This document shows, one piece after another, positions 61,736 through 64,000 of a stretch of DNA of 64,000 bases (the first letter of the stretch is position 1; every line of letters begins with the position of its first letter). The stretch covers positions 14,880,001 through 14,944,000 of the forward strand of contig OY740804.1 in the NCBI GenBank assembly GCA_963514005.1. Reading direction: 5' to 3'. The notes under the pieces were generated by a model. That model did no database searches and was not told where the DNA came from. It worked only from the letters and a program-made list of their open reading frames with translations. The position numbers and the translations under genes are program-made. The stretch is from Raja brachyura. Lineage: Eukaryota.

Positions 61736-63956
61736 CAGGTAACAAACAGGTTCCATTTTTGCAGGCGTTCGCAAATAGATTTTTTTCCTCATAAGTTGGA
61801 AAATACACAGAAAGTCAATATGGTAACTATACCTCCACAGTATTCTAATGAATTCATAACAAGCACATTAGACTAAGCTGGATGAACAATTACTAAATGA
61901 GAGAGGAAACTAGTTATGTTGTTCGTAGGAACAAACATTCAATTTTATACAGCTCAGAAACAGGCCTTTCAGCCCAACTAGTCCATGCAGACCAAGTTAC
62001 CCAACCAATCCCACTTCATGTGCCTTGTCCATACTCCTCCATACCTTTTCTGTCCATGTACCTATCCAAGTGTCTTCAATATCATAATTGTACCCATGTC
62101 TACCACTTCCTCTGGCAGCTTGTTCCATATATAGACCATACTCTGAAAAACTAACCCCCAGGTCCCTTTTTGATCTTTCCTCTCACCTTAAAATTATGCC
62201 CTTTGGTTTTAGACGCTCCTGGCGTGGGGAATAAACTTTGATTATTCATTTATTTATTGTTTATTGTATGTTTAACCGTATAATTTAATTATTTTATGGG
62301 AGCTCGCTCATTGGCAACCCAGGGATGGCCTTTGCTTCAACTTATTGCACATTTAAGCGTTCAGGAATTCACTGATTGCCTTCACTGTTTTTATTCCAGC
62401 ATCAACAGTCAGGCAGAGGCATGCAGATTTGCAAGAATTGTAGACTTCCTGACTGTTCTAGTGACGATACACTGCACACATATAGTGCATTCCCCTGCTC
62501 TTGAGAAACGAACGCTGCATGATTCACAAGGCCTATCATTCCCCAAATATACAACTTGGGCCAGACCATGAGAAGAAATTTCTTAGGTCACTATCATGAA
62601 TCCATGAGGTTCACATAACTTCTTGCTCATTTGGAGGATTGGATGTTGAGAAATTAAGCATTTGCCCTACCTTTGTTTTTGATCTGAATCCATACTCCAA
62701 TGAGTGAAACTGATTGCCAGTATAATAATTACCGCAGGACCATCAGAAATAGTGAATGCCAACGGGTCACATAGAATAGGATTCTGGTTTCTCTACTGCC
62801 CTAGGACTGCCCTACAATTCTCACCAGGGAACATTGTTTACTGATTCATAAGCTGTATTCTCCCATTTAACCTCCCTCTCAGTTTTTGCCTGTGACCCTC
62901 CAAAAGGAAGTGGTCGAGCAACAGGTGGTCGAACAACAGACGGAGCAGGCAGCAGAGGCAATCAGCAATGAAACAAGACTCTCCTTAGGTATTTAGCCCG
63001 GTACTATGGCACTGCTCGGCAATTCTTTTGAGGATTTACCCCATAGACTCTACCTGAGCACGGATAATGGAAATGGTGGGCTACACTCTGAACACCTGCC
63101 TTTGATATTCAATTGCCAAGGCCCCATGGTGAAAGGTTTGCATTAAACTCCAACACTGCATTTCAGTTGCAGTTGATACCACCTACAGCTGGTTCCAAAA
63201 GCCTTGATGCTTGCTACAATAAGAATTGCAACAAATTGCAGAAAGGTTTGCCATGATTGCCAGGCAGTTTCCATGGAGTAGTTCCCAATGGAACATTCCT
63301 TTGCCGCAAGCAAAGAATTCCTTAACCCTTTCAGAAGTATTCTTTGTTTCAAGCAGCGAGGCAGTCTGGTGGTTTATATTACTAACGGCTCCAACAGAAT
63401 AAGTATCGCACACCGGATTTAGGAAAAAACTCAGGTTTTTATTTGTATTAATTGCACATCGAACCTAGCTTTAGCAGCTGTCCCCAGCTTCTGAGTTGAT
63501 GCTTTGAGATGTTGGGGCAATTCTCTTACGGATTCACTGCAGAGACCAGGGAGACAACAATGGTAGAAATAGTAGACCATACAAAGGCCACTTGTGTTTG
63601 GTATTCAATTGCACTTCAATTGTAGTTGACACCACCTACAGTTGCTTCCTAATGCCTTGATGCTTGCTACAATAAGACTCTTCAGCTCCTTTTCTTGAGC
63701 TGCTGGGTGAAAGTGAGGGCATGGAGATTTGTGGGTGTTATTGCCTCCAGAGTCCAGAGTGATTCAAGCAAAATTAGGTTAATCATGGTGAATATGTTAT
63801 ACTGTTAAGCAGAATGACCAGCACACATTAGATGCACTTCACTAATGAGAGGAGAGAGTATGTGGTAATGGTCAAATAGATACTTGCGTACCTGGGCTGT
63901 TCCTCGCATTGTCATTTATACCAGGTCCTGAGGCTTGAGCCACACCACGTCAGTTA

Positions 63957-64000
63957 AGGGGCTGTCCCACTGCGGCGACCGAATTCGCGAGTTCAGACGA
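63957..64000. mobile_element. left end of a Harbinger-like MITE (runs off the window)
   Basis: TTA + AGGGGCTGTCCCACT, same TIR type as 42586. Confidence 0.6.

Noticed and set aside
62883-62988. Exon-like segment (AG...QKEVVEQQVVEQQTEQ...GT) as the next SYCP3-like exon
   Set aside because: In the phase required by the 56569 donor it hits a TGA within four codons, and it lacks the expected EVQ.ML motif

Overview
Eukaryotic, repeat-dense vertebrate DNA, most likely from an elasmobranch (skate, ray or shark), judged from HE1-type V-SINEs and CR1/HER1-type LINEs. Two host genes point away from each other. DRAM2 is on the minus strand (coding exons 14473-14603 and 4027-4094, continuing left of the window). 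A divergent SYCP3-like synaptonemal-complex gene is on the plus strand (coding exons 38022-38151 and 56482-56569, continuing right); the ORF track misses both of its exons. Between the genes is a CpG-rich promoter-like island (~27.3-27.8 kb) enclosed by an inverted pair of ~1.03-kb non-autonomous DNA transposons with TAG...CTA ends and unusual 7-bp target-site duplications (TSDs); four copies of this family occur in the window. The rest is layered mobile DNA: CR1, Rex1/Babar, RTE, L1-like, Vingi-like and Penelope retroelements, a full-length decayed IR/DR Tc1 element, three non-autonomous Helitrons, Harbinger-like MITEs, and several short Penelope-derived inserts that carry minimal hammerhead-ribozyme motifs. 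There is one assembly gap (22556-22718). All family calls come from motif recognition by eye, with no database search. Boundaries without a stated TSD or splice site are approximate.
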